Shown: positions 27,358 to 38,323 of the stretch, piece after piece
How positions within the stretch are numbered: position 1 is the first letter of the stretch
How the letters are laid out: every line of letters starts with the position of its first letter
Source of the DNA: an uncultured Rhodospirillaceae bacterium
GTDB lineage: Bacteria; Pseudomonadota; Alphaproteobacteria; UBA9219
NCBI GenBank assembly: GCA_964652235.1
Contig: CAZZDK010000012.1
Span: 1-63,884 of the forward strand
DNA: 63,884 nucleotides
Direction of reading: 5' to 3'
Notes under the pieces: generated by a model
What the model was told of the DNA's origin: nothing
What the model saw: the letters and a program-made list of their open reading frames with translations, nothing else
Databases searched by the model: none
Program-made: the position numbers and the translations under genes

Positions 27358-29106
27358 TTGTCTTTGACAGGGCTTTTCGACGACGACCAGGCGCAAGGCG
27401 GCGGCCAGCCCTATCGGGTCCTGGCGCGCAAGTACCGCCCGTCGACGCTCGGTGAATTGATTGGACAGGAGGCGATGGTTCGCACGCTGCGGCGCGCCTT
27501 CCAGTCGGGGCGCCTGCCGCAGGCCTGGATTTTGACGGGCGTGCGCGGCATCGGCAAAACGACGACCGCGCGAATCATCGCCAAGGCGCTTAATTGCGCA
27601 GGCCGCGCGCCGGGGGCGGACGACATCGAGCCGTGCGGCAAGTGCGAAGCCTGCCGGGCCATCGCGGAAGACCGGTATGTCGACGTGCAGGAAATGGACG
27701 CCGCCTCGCGCACGGGCGTGGACGATATACGCGAGATCATTGAAGGCGTGCGCTACGGCCCCGTTTCGGCGAAGTACAAAGTTTACATCCTCGACGAAGT
27801 CCATATGCTTTCGAAAAACGCCTTCAACGCGCTTTTGAAAACGCTCGAAGAGCCGCCGCCCCACACCAAATTCATTTTCGCGACTACCGAGATTCGCAAG
27901 GTCCCGGTTACGGTCCTTTCGCGGTGCCAGAGGTTTGATCTGCGCCGGATCGACGCGGCGACGCTGGCGGCGCATTATGCGCGGATCGCGGCGCTTGAGA
28001 ACGTCGAGACCGAAGAAGAGGCGATCAAGCTCATCGCCCGGGCGGCGGACGGCTCGGTCCGCGACGGGCTAAGCCTTCTGGACCAGGCCATCGCGCGGGG
28101 CCAGGGAAAGGTCGGCGAGGCCGACGTGAAAGATATGCTGGGCCTTGCGGACAGGAACGCGAGCTTCGGCCTTTGCCGTCGTCTTTTGCGGGGCGAAATG
28201 CGCGAGGCCCTGGCGGGGTTCGAGGCCATGCAGCAAGTCGGCGCGGATCCCGTTCAGATTTTACAGGACCTGGCTGACAGCATTCACCTTTTGACGCGCG
28301 CGCAGGTCGTTTCGGATGGAGGGGGGCTGCGCGAGGCCCCGGAGGCCGAAAAGAAGTTTGTGAGCGAAATGGGGGACGTGAAAGTCCCCGCCTTGACGCG
28401 CGCCTGGCAAATTCTGCTTAAGGGAATCGAGGAAGTTTTGTCCGCCCCCCAACCCGCCAAGGCGGCGGAGATGGTTTTGATCCGGCTGGCTTACGCTGCC
28501 GAATTGCCTCTGCCCGGCGATCTTATCAAACAGTTGCGCGAGCAAAGCCGTTCCTCTGTCGCCGCCGAAACGGCGCCGTCCGGGCCGCCGCCTTCGGGTC
28601 CCGCTTTACGCGCGCGAAGTGGCGCCGCTCCCCTCGCCGTCGCGCCGCCCGCTTCTTTTACGGCCATTTCCGCCGCCGCGCCCGCGCCGCAGACGTTCCG
28701 GGAACTGGCTTGCCTGTTCGCCGTCCATCGCGAAGCGGGCCTTTATGCCGAGCTTGTCGCCCATGTCCGGCCCGTCCGTTTTGCGCCGGGACGGCTGGAA
28801 GTGCAGCTCGAAAGCGGCGCTTCTCTTAACCTCGTCAGCCGCGTTTCACAATGTTTGAGCGATTGGACGGGCCGCCGCTGGGTCGTGGCCGTCGCCAGCG
28901 AGCCCGGCGGCGCGACCTTGCAGGAAGAGGACCGCGAAGCCGAAAGGCAAAGGCAGGAACGCGCCCGCGCGCACCCTTTAATGCAGGCCGTGAAAAAAGC
29001 GTTTCCGGACATGAAGCTTGTTTCGCTCAAGAAGAAAGAAACGCCGCTCGCCGCCGGAGAGGAAGTTCTTGAGGCCCCGCCAGAGGCGGAAGAAACGGAC
29101 GATTGA
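27358..29106 (+). CDS. dnaX: DNA polymerase III gamma/tau
   Basis: YRVLARKYRP, G.RG.GKTT, DEVHMLS, SRCQRF. Confidence 0.97.
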   Translation: MSLTGLFDDDQAQGGGQPYRVLARKYRPSTLGELIGQEAMVRTLRRAFQSGRLPQAWILTGVRGIGKTTTARIIAKALNCAGRAPGADDIEPCGKCEACRAIAEDRYVDVQEMDAASRTGVDDIREIIEGVRYGPVSAKYKVYILDEVHMLSKNAFNALLKTLEEPPPHTKFIFATTEIRKVPVTVLSRCQRFDLRRIDAATLAAHYARIAALENVETEEEAIKLIARAADGSVRDGLSLLDQAIARGQGKVGEADVKDMLGLADRNASFGLCRRLLRGEMREALAGFEAMQQVGADPVQILQDLADSIHLLTRAQVVSDGGGLREAPEAEKKFVSEMGDVKVPALTRAWQILLKGIEEVLSAPQPAKAAEMVLIRLAYAAELPLPGDLIKQLREQSRSSVAAETAPSGPPPSGPALRARSGAAPLAVAPPASFTAISAAAPAPQTFRELACLFAVHREAGLYAELVAHVRPVRFAPGRLEVQLESGASLNLVSRVSQCLSDWTGRRWVVAVASEPGGATLQEEDREAERQRQERARAHPLMQAVKKAFPDMKLVSLKKKETPLAAGEEVLEAPPEAEETDD

Positions 29107-29129
29107 TTTTTTCAGCGGGAGAAAACTGG

Positions 29130-29453
29130 ATGTTGAACATCGGACAAATGATGAAACAGGCCCAGGCCATGCAGGCCAAGATGGCCGATATGCAAAACCG
29201 TCTGGGCGAAATAGAAATAACGGGCCAATCCGGCGGCGGGCTTGTCGTGGCGACGATGAACGGCAAGGGAGACTTGAAAGCCATAAAAATAGAACCCAAG
29301 GCCGTCGATCCGCATGACGTGGAAATGCTGGAAGATTTGATCGTCGCGGCCTGCGCCGACGCTAAGGCAAAGATCGAGGCGCTTATCGCCGAGGAAACCG
29401 AAAAAGCCATGGGCGGCCTGAAACTGCCGCCCGGCATGAAATTGCCGTTTTAG
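29130..29453 (+). CDS. ybaB: Nucleoid-associated YbaB/EbfC
   Basis: [22 protein letters not shown]. Confidence 0.93.
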   Translation: MLNIGQMMKQAQAMQAKMADMQNRLGEIEITGQSGGGLVVATMNGKGDLKAIKIEPKAVDPHDVEMLEDLIVAACADAKAKIEALIAEETEKAMGGLKLPPGMKLPF

Positions 29454-29457
29454 TCCG

Positions 29458-30039
29458 ATGTCGCCTCTTGACCGCCTGACGCACCTTATCGCGAAATTAC
29501 CAGGCTTGGGCCCGCGTTCGGCCCGTCGCGTCGTGTTGCACCTTTTGGCGCGGCGCGAGGCGCTTTTGGAGCCGTTGATCGAGGCGTTAAGCGCGACGGC
29601 GCAAACGGTCCGAAGCTGTCCCGTTTGCGGCAATTGGGACGTGCAAAACCCCTGCGCCATTTGCCGCGATCCTTTGCGCGACACAAGCGTTCTTTGCGTC
29701 GTGGAAAACGTGGCCGATCTTTGGGCGCTGGAAAGGTCTTCCGTTTTCAAGGGCCTCTATCACGTTCTGGGCGGCACGCTCTCGGCGCTGGAAGGCGTCC
29801 GCCCGTCCGATCTGCGCATCGCGCCGCTTTTGGAGCGGGCGAAAAAGGGAGAAGTGAAGGAAGTTATCCTGGCGCTCGGCGCGACGGTCGAGGGCCAGAC
29901 GACGGCCCATTACGTTGCCGAGCGCCTCGAAGAGACGGGCGTCCTTGTTTCCCGGCTCGCGCACGGTATGCCGGTGGGCGGCGAGCTGGATTATCTGGAC
30001 GACGGCACCATCGCGGCGGCGCTTCGCGCGAGAAAGTGA
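29458..30039 (+). CDS. recR: RecR
   Basis: [12 protein letters not shown]4 zinc finger, Toprim, GGELDYLD. Confidence 0.97.
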   Translation: MSPLDRLTHLIAKLPGLGPRSARRVVLHLLARREALLEPLIEALSATAQTVRSCPVCGNWDVQNPCAICRDPLRDTSVLCVVENVADLWALERSSVFKGLYHVLGGTLSALEGVRPSDLRIAPLLERAKKGEVKEVILALGATVEGQTTAHYVAERLEETGVLVSRLAHGMPVGGELDYLDDGTIAAALRARK

Positions 30040-30040
30040 C

Positions 30041-32251
30041 TCATTTTCGATCCGTCTTTCTGCGGCGCGGCTCGCGGCCCGCCGGAACGAAAAGAGCCGC
30101 GAGCCTTTCAAGCCGCCGCGTTTCTTCCGGCAAAAGAGGGCCGATGGAAGCGAAGGTTTTTCTAATGACGTCCAGCGCTTCCTTTTCCCTTCCTTGCGCG
30201 CGATCCAAAAGAACGGGAATCGCCTGCACGGCCCGTTCCTCGTCCAGGACGAGCGTCATATATTGCCGCCGCGCCAGCGCTCTATATTCGTTCCCGTCCA
30301 GGTCGGGCAAGAAGCGCGATTCCTTCCGCAAAAGAGACAAGGTTCGAAACGCCCGTTCGTCGATGACATTCGCCGCGCGAACGACGTAAAGCAGCCCGCG
30401 CAGCGCGGCCTCGGCCAGGCCGCCTTCCTCAATCCGTTCCAAAAGAGCCTTCAGGCGATCTTGCCTCTCTTCCTCAAGCTGCACGTCTCGTCCGGGCGGC
30501 GGCTTGGCGTAGGGCCTTACGGTCCGCAGGCCCAGGCCCGCCTGAACCAGGGGGGCGCCGTAGAACAGTATAAAGGCGTTTTCGACAAGCGTTGCGCCGA
30601 AGGCGCCCAGGGCGTCGAAAAACGACTCGACGCTTTTAGAAAACAGCGTTTGCGCCTGCCAGAACGCATTGTCCTCTTCGACGGGGCGCCGCGCGGCGCG
30701 TACGGCGGCGGCCAGCGCCCCGACCGGCGCGACGAAGGGGTTCTTATCCGAGAAAAAGGCGAAAGAGACGCGCAGAGGATGGCTCTGCCGCAAGCCTTCG
30801 GCGAAAGAGGACGTCACGGCGCTTCGAACAAAGGGAGAAATAAAGGTATAGTAAAGGCCCTGTATGTTCTCCGAAAGGCGGGAAACGGCTTCGAACATCC
30901 GATCTTCTTCCGGTCCGTTCACGCCAAGCGCCCTTATGTCCTCAAGGCTTCTTTTCTCGAAACGCAGAATGTCGTCGCCCGAAGCCAGCGCCGCGCCGTT
31001 TGGCGCTTCGTTCTTGGGCAGAAAACAGGCTTCGTAAAGTCCCGGCGGCAGGGATTCGATCATATCGACGTTGCTGATGAACTTAAGATGTTCCTTGCGC
31101 ATGACGGCGGAGGAAACGAAAAGGCCCAAATGCCCGACTTTCTCGTGCAGCGAATAGACGATGGTTTGCTCATGCGCGAGAATGTCGTCGTCGCAGGCGT
31201 AGAGGTCCAGAATCCAGCCCAGGGCCTGTCCCGGCGGCGTGATGTCGTCGCCGCGCGAGCAGAAAACAACGATGGGCGATTTGATGTTTCTCAAATCGGC
31301 CCGGCGGCCGTCCGAGGCGTGGATTTTTCCCTGAGTCAACCGGTTGCCGATAAAAAGCTCGTCGGCGATGAATTGCATTTCGTCGCCTTCTAAAAGAACC
31401 GGCGTGCCCCACCAGCGCTCGAAATCGAGAAAGCGCGGCCCTTCCGTGTCCACCTTGGCGTAAACGCCGTAAGGTTTGCGCCAGAACGTATTGGCCGGGT
31501 TGCCCAGCTCAAAAGCCTGCACAAGCCACGCGCCGTCGAACAGGCCGCCGCCGAGATCGCTTAGAAAGGCGTTGAGCCACGAGCCGCCGACCATGCCCGC
31601 CGTATAGCGGGCGGGGCTTTGGCCGCGCGCGCCCGCCCAATAAGACAAAGGCGCGCCCGCCAGAAAAAGGATGCCGGGCAGACGCGGATGGAGAGAACAC
31701 ATCAGCGCGATTTGCCATCCGGCCTGGCAATTGCCGATCAGGCAGGGCTTATCCGCCTGCGGATGCCTTGCGATGACGAGCCTGACGAAATGCGCCATCG
31801 CGGCGCACACGTCCTCGACCGTTTGGCCGGGGACGGGGCGCGGCAGAAAACTCGCGAAATAAACGGGGTGGCCTTCGGCCAGGGCGAGGCCTATTTCGCT
31901 GTCCTTTTTAAGTCCGCCGATCCCGGGGCCTTGCCCCGCGCGGGGATCGAACACGACGAAAGGTCGCCTGAGCGGATCGACTCGGCCTTTTCCCGGCGGC
32001 TTGATTTGCATAAGCAGGTAATTGACGGGGCGCGGCAGGGCGCGCCCGTCGGCCAGCACCTCGGATTCGAAGAGGAGAACGTCCGGGAGTTCGCGCGCCT
32101 GCTGCTCGAAATAGACGTTGCCGCGCTGGCGCAAAAGGTCGAGGAAAAGAATCCATCTTTGCGAAGCATCCCAAAGATAAGCGACCCCCGCCTCGAAAAA
32201 AGCGAGGGGAGAGACAAAAGAGGCGGCCTTGTTTTCGCGGGAAAGGGGCAT
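30041..32251 (-). CDS. DUF3141 alpha/beta-hydrolase (PHA synthase-like)
   Basis: DPRAG.GPGIGG.K.DSEIG, GNCQAGW, DDITPP, GHLG. Confidence 0.88.
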   Translation of the reverse strand: MPLSRENKAASFVSPLAFFEAGVAYLWDASQRWILFLDLLRQRGNVYFEQQARELPDVLLFESEVLADGRALPRPVNYLLMQIKPPGKGRVDPLRRPFVVFDPRAGQGPGIGGLKKDSEIGLALAEGHPVYFASFLPRPVPGQTVEDVCAAMAHFVRLVIARHPQADKPCLIGNCQAGWQIALMCSLHPRLPGILFLAGAPLSYWAGARGQSPARYTAGMVGGSWLNAFLSDLGGGLFDGAWLVQAFELGNPANTFWRKPYGVYAKVDTEGPRFLDFERWWGTPVLLEGDEMQFIADELFIGNRLTQGKIHASDGRRADLRNIKSPIVVFCSRGDDITPPGQALGWILDLYACDDDILAHEQTIVYSLHEKVGHLGLFVSSAVMRKEHLKFISNVDMIESLPPGLYEACFLPKNEAPNGAALASGDDILRFEKRSLEDIRALGVNGPEEDRMFEAVSRLSENIQGLYYTFISPFVRSAVTSSFAEGLRQSHPLRVSFAFFSDKNPFVAPVGALAAAVRAARRPVEEDNAFWQAQTLFSKSVESFFDALGAFGATLVENAFILFYGAPLVQAGLGLRTVRPYAKPPPGRDVQLEEERQDRLKALLERIEEGGLAEAALRGLLYVVRAANVIDERAFRTLSLLRKESRFLPDLDGNEYRALARRQYMTLVLDEERAVQAIPVLLDRAQGREKEALDVIRKTFASIGPLLPEETRRLERLAALFVPAGREPRRRKTDRK

Positions 32252-32303
32252 ACGCGGGAAGGACTCCTCGGAAAAGCCTACCGTCCCGAAGTTAATAGGA
32301 GGC

Positions 32304-32476
32304 TAATATCATAGAAACGCCCAAACGGCCTCGCTCTTTGACATCACTCGCTCTGCGCCTCGCCTTTCCCTTGCCGGACACAAGATTCTGTTCGGCAACG
32401 GATATCACGTCCGGCGAGAGAAAGGCTCCTCGCAACCGCTCGTGACCCTGGCAAGCCACTTCGTTCGTTGGTGCAA
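32304..32476 (-). repeat. ~178-bp hairpin element, copy A
   Basis: Core 32340-32448 matches copies B-E. Confidence 0.85.
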
Positions 32477-33240
32477 TCCTCGAAGAACAATTCCCAGGGA
32501 CGAAAATTCTGTTCGATGAAATCTTCCTCAAGAACGGACCAGCCGGACTCGCCGGTGAGATTTTCCTGCTGCGAGCGATAGGCTTCAAAAGCCGCTCTTT
32601 TGGCTTTCAGATAAGGCCTCGCATCCAGCTTTCGCCCTTTGATAAGAAAGGGAAAGCGCCAAAGGCTTTTGATCGCCTCGCGTGGCCAGAACCACATGGG
32701 ATAACAAAGAACACGGCAAGCGATTTTTTTCTCTTGGCGCAAAAGAGAAAGAGCCTCGGCCACGGCGCGGTGGTCTGGATGAAGGTCGGCCCCGAAAGGG
32801 GCGAGCAGAAGGTCCGGGGCGTAAAGGCCGAGTTGCTCGGCGATGTCCGCTGCGATGGGGCCGATTTGTTCGCTGGCTCCGCCGTCCGGATAACCGAGGA
32901 AGATCAAATCCTCTTCGGCAAGGCCTAGACGCTTGATCGCCTGCGCTGATTCCTTTCGGCGAAGAGCCTTTAGGTCTTCGGGGTTCAGGCTTTGAGAAAC
33001 GGTTGAGGCCGCCCCGTCCGTTACGGTTACGATACGAAAAGAGGCTCCCCTATTTTTGAGGTGGATAATGAAAGCCCCGCAACCTAAAGTTTCGTCATCG
33101 GGATGAGGTGCCAAAATCAGAACCCTATCAGCGCGAAAAGAGGCCTCAATACTTTCGCTCAGACAGGCAAAAAGTTGGAAAAGTCCCCCGGAGAGACTTT
33201 TTTTGAGTTTCTTTTTAAGACTTGGTCCCAAAGAAATCAT
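32344..33240 (-). CDS. PIG-L family deacetylase; C-terminus derived from the repeat
   Basis: APHPDDE, H.DH, K..A..AY.SQ. Confidence 0.88.
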   Translation of the reverse strand: MISLGPSLKKKLKKSLSGGLFQLFACLSESIEASFRADRVLILAPHPDDETLGCGAFIIHLKNRGASFRIVTVTDGAASTVSQSLNPEDLKALRRKESAQAIKRLGLAEEDLIFLGYPDGGASEQIGPIAADIAEQLGLYAPDLLLAPFGADLHPDHRAVAEALSLLRQEKKIACRVLCYPMWFWPREAIKSLWRFPFLIKGRKLDARPYLKAKRAAFEAYRSQQENLTGESGWSVLEEDFIEQNFRPWELFFEDCTNERSGLPGSRAVARSLSLAGRDIRCRTESCVRQGKGEAQSE

Positions 33241-33459
33241 GGTTTTTCAAGGCGTTACGCCCCCCTCACACCAGAGTGTTAAAAAAGAGACAATTCAAGG
33301 CCCTGTTCTTAATACTTCCTCAATTATTTGTGTCTTTTCGACCCTTTTTTTGGTATATCCAAGGCGGGATTGAACCTTAACGGGGGAGTTGTCCAGTCGT
33401 TTTCGTCCAAGTAGCACATTCTCTTATCTTATTCTGTCATAAAGTGGAAGGTCTGTATA

Positions 33460-35052
33460 ATGTCGCCGCGTGAAGCCCTCAAACGCATAACCCCTTCTTT
33501 AGCCTCTTTTCAAAAGGGATCTGCTTCCCGCTTGTCCGCCGAAAGCGCGGCCCAGGCGCGGCTGGAAGCCATTGCCGAAGAAATTCAAGCGCTTCCGATC
33601 GGCGACTCGTCGGAAATCGACATTCTTTCTTTTCCCGAACGCGGCGCGCGCCGGGATATTGCGGCTCCCCTGCGCTGGTTTCTGTTTTCCGATGCCCTGG
33701 CGCTGACCGTGGGGTTTACGGCCTCCTGGCTGGTGGCCTCGCTTGCGAATCTTTTCTTTTTTGATCGCACCGTTCTCCTTTTGATCGGAGAGGGTGTGGC
33801 CTTCCGGTTTCTTTCTTACGCGGCCATCGCGATCGGCGTTTTGCTTTGGTTCGGCAATAAGGGCCATTACAGGGTCCGTCAGCCCTTCTGGATGGAAGCC
33901 CAGCAGATCGTGCGCGCCTTCGGTTTCGCTTTGATGATCGACGGGTTCCTGCAATTCGCCGTCAAGCAGGATTTCTCTCGCCTTTGGCTTGTTTCGGGGT
34001 GGGTTTTCGCGGCGGCTGCCGTTCTGGTTTTTCGCGCGGCGGCTCGCTGGAGCCTTCGCCGCGCCGGGCAATGGCAGGTCAGAACGCTTCTTGTCGGCAG
34101 CGGACGAATCGCCGACGAAACGCGCGCCGCCCTTCGCACGGCGCCGGAGCTGGGCTACGATATCGTCATGCAGGTCGAAAACGCTCTTTTGCTTTTGGAG
34201 AGGGCGGGACGCTCCTGGCGGAATCTTTGCAACCGCTTCGACGCCGATTATGTCGTGATCGCCCTGGACGGCCATGTTCTGGCCGAAGCGGGCGAAGCGC
34301 TTGAAATGCTTTCCCGCGAAGGCATTCCCTATTCCGTTTCGCCGCCGCTTCGCCACTTGCCGGTCTTGGAGACGACGCCGCAATATTTCTTCAGCCACGA
34401 AGCGATGCTCATGATTCCGGCCAGCCATTTGGATCTGCCCTTGGCGCGGGCGATGAAGAGGGCGCTGGATATTCTGGGCGCGGGGCTTGGCCTTTTGTTC
34501 TTGAGCCCCTTGTTCGTCCTGATCGCGCTTTGGGTCAAAAAGGACGGCGGCAACGTTTTTTTCAGCGACGTCCGTATCGGCATGAACGGCAAGCCTTTCC
34601 GTTGTCTTAAGTTCCGTTCGATGGTCGTAAACGCGGACGCGATTCTTTGGCGTTATCTGGACGAACACCCGGAGAAAAAAGCCGAATGGGCCAAATATCA
34701 TAAACTTCGCGACGGCGACCCGCGAATCACGCGGATCGGGGCCATTCTGCGCCGGTGCAGCCTGGACGAATTGCCGCAGCTTATCAATGTGTTGAAGGGC
34801 GACATGAGCTTGGTCGGGCCGCGTCCCATCATGTTCAGGGAACGCGGGTCCTATAGCGAGGATCTTGTCCATTACTGCCGCGTGCGGCCCGGATTAACAG
34901 GGCTTTGGCAGGTCAGCGGGCGCAGCAACCTGTCCTTCTCGCGCCGCGTGCAGATGGATATCTGGTACGTTCGCAACTGGTCTTTGTGGCACGACATTGC
35001 TATCCTGTTCAAAACGATTCCTGCCATCTTGAACAAGACCGGCGCCTACTGA
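33460..35052 (+). CDS. wbaP: Initiating undecaprenyl-phosphate sugar phosphotransferase (WbaP-like)
   Basis: [30 protein letters not shown]. Confidence 0.9.
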   Translation: MSPREALKRITPSLASFQKGSASRLSAESAAQARLEAIAEEIQALPIGDSSEIDILSFPERGARRDIAAPLRWFLFSDALALTVGFTASWLVASLANLFFFDRTVLLLIGEGVAFRFLSYAAIAIGVLLWFGNKGHYRVRQPFWMEAQQIVRAFGFALMIDGFLQFAVKQDFSRLWLVSGWVFAAAAVLVFRAAARWSLRRAGQWQVRTLLVGSGRIADETRAALRTAPELGYDIVMQVENALLLLERAGRSWRNLCNRFDADYVVIALDGHVLAEAGEALEMLSREGIPYSVSPPLRHLPVLETTPQYFFSHEAMLMIPASHLDLPLARAMKRALDILGAGLGLLFLSPLFVLIALWVKKDGGNVFFSDVRIGMNGKPFRCLKFRSMVVNADAILWRYLDEHPEKKAEWAKYHKLRDGDPRITRIGAILRRCSLDELPQLINVLKGDMSLVGPRPIMFRERGSYSEDLVHYCRVRPGLTGLWQVSGRSNLSFSRRVQMDIWYVRNWSLWHDIAILFKTIPAILNKTGAY

Positions 35053-35061
35053 GGTTTTTTC

Positions 35062-36126
35062 ATGTCAACGTGTCACGCCTTAACGTCCGAGGCCGATATT
35101 GAACGCCTGGCCGCCCCTTGGCGCGTTCTTCAGGCGGAAAAAGGCCTTTCTCCTTTTACCGATTTTGATTGGGTCTTCGCCTGGTGGACGAGCGTCGGCA
35201 AGCCGGAAGGCTCTTCGCTTTTCGTGGTGGTCTGCTTTGAGGGCGAAAGGCTGAAAGGCGTTTTGCCTTTCGCCATCGCGCCGAAGGCGGGGGTGCGGAT
35301 TTTGCGTTTCGCGGGGCACGACGTTTTCTATATCCGCAATCTTCTGGCGGAGGACGAGGCGACGCTTGAGGCCATGTGGAGGGTCGTGCGGGACTCGCGG
35401 GATTACGATTTCGCCGACATCAAAAACATTCACGAAGGAACGGCGGAGGAGAAAATCCTGCGGTCCTTCGCGAGCGTCCTTCAAAGAGAGCCTGTTTATT
35501 ACCGCGAACATATCGGCTTGACGCGCAGGAATCTGTTCGAGCCCTACACCAAGAGATTTCGCCGCAAGCTCTATAAAATCGCGGAAACGCTCGCCAAGAA
35601 GCCCGAATACACGTTCGGCGTCTGCGAGGACGGCTCTTTCCTGAACGAGGCGATGCCGTTTCTCGTTGAGGAAAAACGGGCTTGGTGCAAGGAAAACGGC
35701 AAGAGCGGCATTTTCAACAGCGCGCGGGTGGAAGACTTTTACCGCGCGGTCAGCGAAGTCGGGATCCGGCAGAAAAGCTTTCGCCTTTTCTGGCTGCGCA
35801 AAAGCGGGCGGCTTGTCGCTGTCCTGCTTTGTTTCGTGAGCGCCGGAACGCTTTACGCCCACACCGTCGCCCACGATCCTTCGGTTCGCAGCGTTCATCC
35901 CGGCCTTTTCCTTAAGGCCGAAGCGATGGCCTGGGCCTGCGAGCAGGGATTGCGCGAGACGAATTTCATGGAAGGCCAAGAGTATTTCAAGGTTCGTTTT
36001 TCTTCAGGCGAACGTCCGGCCTATGAGTTCATCCTTTCCCGCTCGCTTAAAGGACGGCTGTTCGCCGCCGCTTACCGCGCGCGGCATTTTCTTCAGCGTC
36101 TGCGCCGCCGAAAAGAGGACGTATGA
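35062..36126 (+). CDS. GNAT acyltransferase (CelD/BcsL/HfsK-like)
   Basis: PF...W...W, HPG.FL, F..G.EYFK.RF. Confidence 0.75.
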   Translation: MSTCHALTSEADIERLAAPWRVLQAEKGLSPFTDFDWVFAWWTSVGKPEGSSLFVVVCFEGERLKGVLPFAIAPKAGVRILRFAGHDVFYIRNLLAEDEATLEAMWRVVRDSRDYDFADIKNIHEGTAEEKILRSFASVLQREPVYYREHIGLTRRNLFEPYTKRFRRKLYKIAETLAKKPEYTFGVCEDGSFLNEAMPFLVEEKRAWCKENGKSGIFNSARVEDFYRAVSEVGIRQKSFRLFWLRKSGRLVAVLLCFVSAGTLYAHTVAHDPSVRSVHPGLFLKAEAMAWACEQGLRETNFMEGQEYFKVRFSSGERPAYEFILSRSLKGRLFAAAYRARHFLQRLRRRKEDV

Positions 36127-37058
36127 ACGAAAGGACCGGGAAAATCTATTTCATCCATGAGGGGAAAGAAGCCTATCCCGAAATCGCGGCCTATAAAGCT
36201 TTTTTCGCAGGCGCCTACGAAACGCAGGATCTTCATCCCCGAAAGGTCGAGGAAGTCAAGGACTTGGGCCGTTCCGTCGCCTGGCACATCATGGGCTTTT
36301 ATCCGAAAAGGCCGCGCGCGGCGCTGGTCGTGCACGATTACCGCTCTTTGTCCGTCGGACGGACGCGTTGGATTAAGGACAGGATCAAAAGATACGGCAA
36401 CGCGCGGCCCGACGTAAGGATTTTCCAAAACGCGGCGATGCGCGACGCGATGGGATTCCGGGACAATGTTGCGACGACTCTTTTGCCGATGGGCGTTTCT
36501 CCCGAGATCCTGTCTTTTCGAGAAGAAGAAAAAGGCGAACCGATCTTCGATTTCTGTTATATGGGCGCAATGTCGGCGGAAAGAAAAACGGAAGAAATGA
36601 TCGACAGTTTTCTGCGCCGCTATGGCGGCTCGAAAACGTTCGTTCTGTACGGAACGCCGGAACCGTTCCTTCTTGAAAGATATAAGAATCATAAAAACAT
36701 CATCTTTGCCGGGCGTCTGCCGCAAAGGGAGCTTTTCCCCGCTTTGCGCCGTGCGCGCGCGGCGGTGAATTATTTTCCCGTTCATGCGCCGCACAGCCTT
36801 CAGACGCCGACCAAGCTTCTCGAATACGCCGCGCTCGGCCTGCGCATTTTGAGCAACGAACAGCCCCAATCGCGCCTCGTCTGCGAAAAGCACGGCGTTC
36901 GCAGCTTGTGGGGCTCGCCGCGCGATATGTTCGCCGCCGCGCCGGACGCGCTGGACTGGGAAACGAACGAGACGGTCGATCCGTCCTCTTTCTTGTGGCC
37001 GGGCGTGATCGCCCGGTCCGGGATTGCCGCTTTGATCGAAAAGGAAGGCCGCGCATGA
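36123..37058 (+). CDS. GT-B glycosyltransferase
   Basis: YMG.M...R, PTKLLEYAA.G. Confidence 0.8.
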   Translation: MNERTGKIYFIHEGKEAYPEIAAYKAFFAGAYETQDLHPRKVEEVKDLGRSVAWHIMGFYPKRPRAALVVHDYRSLSVGRTRWIKDRIKRYGNARPDVRIFQNAAMRDAMGFRDNVATTLLPMGVSPEILSFREEEKGEPIFDFCYMGAMSAERKTEEMIDSFLRRYGGSKTFVLYGTPEPFLLERYKNHKNIIFAGRLPQRELFPALRRARAAVNYFPVHAPHSLQTPTKLLEYAALGLRILSNEQPQSRLVCEKHGVRSLWGSPRDMFAAAPDALDWETNETVDPSSFLWPGVIARSGIAALIEKEGRA

Positions 37059-38323
37059 TCCCTTGTCGCCTCGCGGCCGCCGCCCTTTTCGTTTTTGTTT
37101 CCCTCGCGGCGACGCCCGGCGCGGCGTCGTGGCCGGAGCCTTCTTTCGGCGAAGGGTTCGGCGTTCAAATCAAGGAAGGCCGAACCGGCGAAGACGAGAT
37201 GAAAAAGATCAAAGCCGCCGGACTTTCTTACGTCCGGTTCGTCATTCCTTGGTACGAGGTGGAAAAACCCAAGGACCATTTCAGATGGGACGTCTTCGAT
37301 TCGGTCATGCGCCGTTTGCGTAAACACGGCCTTAAGTCCGTCATCGTCCTCGGCGGCGGGCATCCGGCCTATACGGGGTTTATCGAAGCGCCCAAGGGCA
37401 ATCTCGATCATATCGATTATACGCTGGCGGCGCCTTCCTCGCCGGAATCGATAGAGGCCTTCGCGCGTTATGCCGCGCAGACGGTTTCGCATTTCGGAAC
37501 CGAAGACATCGTGTGGGAGCTTTGGAACGAACCGGATTCGGACCGCTTCTGGGCGCCTAGGGCAAATGTCGGCGATTACATCGCCATGGCCGACGCCGCG
37601 TGCCGCGCGATCCGCCAAGCCGCGCCCGAAGCCCGAATCGTCGGCCCCGGCATGGCCGATACGCCGGGACGCTTCGGCCATTTGATCCCCGGCTTTTTGG
37701 GCAAGGTCCTTCTTTCGCCCGTTTCGTCCTGCCTGGACGCGGTGAGCGTGCATCCCTATCGCGACGGCGAAAGGCCGCCGGAAAACGTCGCTTCCGCCTA
37801 TGAAAAGCTTCGGGACTACGTTAAAGCCTTTACGCCCAAGGGACAAAATCCTTTGCCCATCGTTTCAACCGAATGGGGCTTTACGCTGACGCATGTCTCG
37901 CCGGAAGAACAGGCGGATTTTCTGCTTAGAAGCTTTCTGATGAACAGCCTGGAGGGCGTGCCCCTTTCCATTTGGTACGAATGGCGCGACGCGCGGGAAG
38001 GCGAAGGCGATCCCGAAGCGCATTTCGGTCTTTTGACTTTGAGAAAAGAAGAAAAGGAATCCTACAAGGCGCTGGCCGCTTTTCTGCCGCCGCTCAAAGG
38101 CGCGCGTCTCGAAAAGAGATGGGTGCTCGGCGGCGAGGCGGATTTTATCCTCTCTTTCCTTCATCCGGACGGACGGAGGTCTCTTGTCTTCTGGTCGGCG
38201 GCGGCGCGGCCCAAGGGACGGATCGTCGTAGAGGGGGGCGAATCTTTCGATCTTTCCTCGCGTCCGCAACGGGTCGATCTCGGCGAAGGGAGTCCCTCTC
38301 TTTCCTTTGAGGTCCGGCCATGA
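37055..38323 (+). CDS. Periplasmic clan GH-A glycoside hydrolase (GH5/GH39-like)
   Basis: Signal peptide; WNEPD acid/base, HPY, TEWG nucleophile. Confidence 0.85.
   Translation: MIPCRLAAAALFVFVSLAATPGAASWPEPSFGEGFGVQIKEGRTGEDEMKKIKAAGLSYVRFVIPWYEVEKPKDHFRWDVFDSVMRRLRKHGLKSVIVLGGGHPAYTGFIEAPKGNLDHIDYTLAAPSSPESIEAFARYAAQTVSHFGTEDIVWELWNEPDSDRFWAPRANVGDYIAMADAACRAIRQAAPEARIVGPGMADTPGRFGHLIPGFLGKVLLSPVSSCLDAVSVHPYRDGERPPENVASAYEKLRDYVKAFTPKGQNPLPIVSTEWGFTLTHVSPEEQADFLLRSFLMNSLEGVPLSIWYEWRDAREGEGDPEAHFGLLTLRKEEKESYKALAAFLPPLKGARLEKRWVLGGEADFILSFLHPDGRRSLVFWSAAARPKGRIVVEGGESFDLSSRPQRVDLGEGSPSLSFEVRP

Noticed and set aside
28990-28999. AAAAAAG in dnaX as a -1 frameshift site
   Set aside because: Read as GTG AAA AAA GCG, which is not the A AAA AAG phase, and it lies too near the 3' end
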